Below, in pieces: positions 62,420 through 64,000 of a stretch of 64,000 bases of DNA. The stretch spans positions 1 to 64,000 of the forward strand of contig JBAXBA010000007.1 in NCBI GenBank assembly GCA_037142195.1, in the 5' to 3' direction. How positions within the stretch are numbered: position 1 is the first letter of the stretch; the number at the start of each line of letters is the position of its first letter. Position numbers and translations under genes: made by a program. The stretch is from Pseudomonadota bacterium. Lineage in GTDB: Bacteria > Bdellovibrionota_B > Oligoflexia > Oligoflexales > CAIMVM01. The notes below the pieces were generated by a model. The model saw nothing but the letters and a program-made list of their open reading frames with translations, did no database searches and had not been told where the DNA came from.

Positions 62420-63727
62420 CTATTGATCTTCATTATCATAGCTAATCTTGCTATCACTGTAGAAACGCCATGTCCTTTGAGTTATGAGTCTTGCCCCATG
62501 GCCCAACTCAAAATAGGCCCACATCCATTGGAAAAAGACGAAAACTCGGTTTTTAAATTTCATCAAATAGACAACATGAATGAGAACCCAAATGAACCAG
62601 GCAATTGTCCCCGTAAGTCTAAATTTGGGAGCGCTAACGACGGCACGGGAACGGCCAATTGTGGCCATAATTCCTTTGTCCCAGTAGACAAATTCAGGTC
62701 TCTTTTTTCCTGCCATTTCACTTCGAATGAGACGAGCGAGGAATTGCCCTTGCTGAGTAGCCACTGGAGCTATTCCTGGTAGGGCTTTTCCGTTATGACT
62801 TTCAAAGAAAGCCATGTCACCAATGGCAAATACATTCTTTGCATTCGGTAAGCTCAAATCTCTGCCGACAACGAGGCGTCCCCCAGGACCTTTTGTGGAC
62901 TTTCCCTTTTCTGCAAGTGAGGATGGCTTTACTCCTGCAGCCCAGATTATCGTTTTACAATTAATCCACGTGTTTCCTGCCATCAAACCATTAGAACTGA
63001 GTTTACTTGCTTTCGTATTCTTTAGAACATGGACCCCTAAGTCTTTGAGGTCTCTTTCAGCCCGAATGGAAAGTTCCTCAGGAAAAGCTTCTAAAATCCT
63101 TGGACCAGCCTCGATGAGATGTACTGAGGTTTGGCTTAAGTTTGCGTTTCTATATTCCTTTTTAAGCGTCGTTCTAGCCAATTCTGAAATAGCTCCTGCA
63201 ATTTCAACGCCAGTTGGGCCTCCGCCTACAATTGCGAAAGTGAGATGCGCATTTTGCAAGGCTTTGTCGTCCGTCTTTTCAGCCAATTCAAAAGCTGTTA
63301 ATACTCGTCTACGAATTTCGATTGCTTGTTCCAAAGTCTTTAATCCGGGTGCTACATGTTCCCATTCGTCGTTGCCAAAATAGGAATGTTTGGCTCCAGT
63401 TGCCAAAATTAAATAGTCATAATAGTGCCATCTTTCATCGAAATGCACTCCGATATCTTGAAGATTTACATCGTCAATTTCGGCTAAAAGAACACTTACA
63501 TTTTTGCTTCGAGAGAAAAATGACCTAATCGGAATTGCAATATCAGAAGGATTTAGGCCTGCCATGGCTACTTGGTAGAGAAGAGGCTGAAAAAGGTGGT
63601 GATTTTTGCGATCGATAATGTCGATGTAAACGTCTGGAGATTGAGATAACGCCAATGCAGCGGTTATGCCACCAAAGCCTGCACCCACGATACCAATTCT
63701 CACTCGATCTTTTTTGGGGCTAGTCAT
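62420..63727 (-). CDS. ndh: Type II NADH dehydrogenase
   Basis: GAGFGG, HLFQPLLYQVA, GGGPTGVE, IWAAGV, AIGD, A.QQG. Confidence 0.93.
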   Translation of the reverse strand: MTSPKKDRVRIGIVGAGFGGITAALALSQSPDVYIDIIDRKNHHLFQPLLYQVAMAGLNPSDIAIPIRSFFSRSKNVSVLLAEIDDVNLQDIGVHFDERWHYYDYLILATGAKHSYFGNDEWEHVAPGLKTLEQAIEIRRRVLTAFELAEKTDDKALQNAHLTFAIVGGGPTGVEIAGAISELARTTLKKEYRNANLSQTSVHLIEAGPRILEAFPEELSIRAERDLKDLGVHVLKNTKASKLSSNGLMAGNTWINCKTIIWAAGVKPSSLAEKGKSTKGPGGRLVVGRDLSLPNAKNVFAIGDMAFFESHNGKALPGIAPVATQQGQFLARLIRSEMAGKKRPEFVYWDKGIMATIGRSRAVVSAPKFRLTGTIAWFIWVLIHVVYLMKFKNRVFVFFQWMWAYFELGHGARLITQRTWRFYSDSKISYDNEDQ

Positions 63728-64000
63728 GTATTTTATCCTTGCGACTATTACGTCGATAGATACTCAATCATTTCCTTGCTAACAATACACCAAAGCGGAT
63801 ATTCAAGGTAGAGTATCTCGATTTCTTTCCCAGTTGTGAGGGCGCTAACTACGCCGATTTAAGTCGAGCTTGAGCGGGCAACGGGCCCTATGAGGTGACC
63901 AGGATTTTTGGTGACGTAACTTGCAGTAATTGCATGGATTTTTCCAGAATTATGCAAACTTGCACATTCAGGCTTGCATAACTCTTATGCGGCTGAAGCT

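Overview
The window is bacterial chromosome, probably Bdellovibrionota/Oligoflexia-like; this is inferred from a TIGR04552-type gene, a CglF/GltF-like gene and secreted lipoprotein enzymes. Housekeeping flanks are rlmD, cheV, gmhB and a VKOR-DsbA fusion on the left, and iscS-like, lon and ndh on the right. Between them is a tRNA-Ala(GGC) gene at 9984-10059 that acts as an integration hotspot. A ~32.7 kb integrative element (10050-42774) is bounded by a 10-bp core repeat, ACCTCCACCA. Joining its two ends gives a symmetric 54-bp attP with perfect 14-bp inverted arms. The element encodes a large serine recombinase whose C-terminus is rewritten by integration. Its conjugation module is atypical: VirB2/3/4/5/6/8/9/10-like genes, an FtsK/TcpA-type ATPase and a Replic_Relax-type nuclease, with no recognisable VirD4, HUH relaxase or VirB11. 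It also carries a five-gene signalling operon (lipocalin, periplasmic binding protein, histidine kinase, cytidine deaminase-like protein, sigma54 activator). A shared GAGTCTCA motif lies upstream of both this operon and the transfer operon, and the transfer operon has a sigma54-like promoter whose spacer is 1 nt short. Further cargo: a decayed IS1634 with a derived MITE around a one-Cys DksA, a type I R-M system with PrrC, and a DUF4209/HEPN gene. Remnants of related elements and an accessory block of secreted enzymes follow at 42775-55000.
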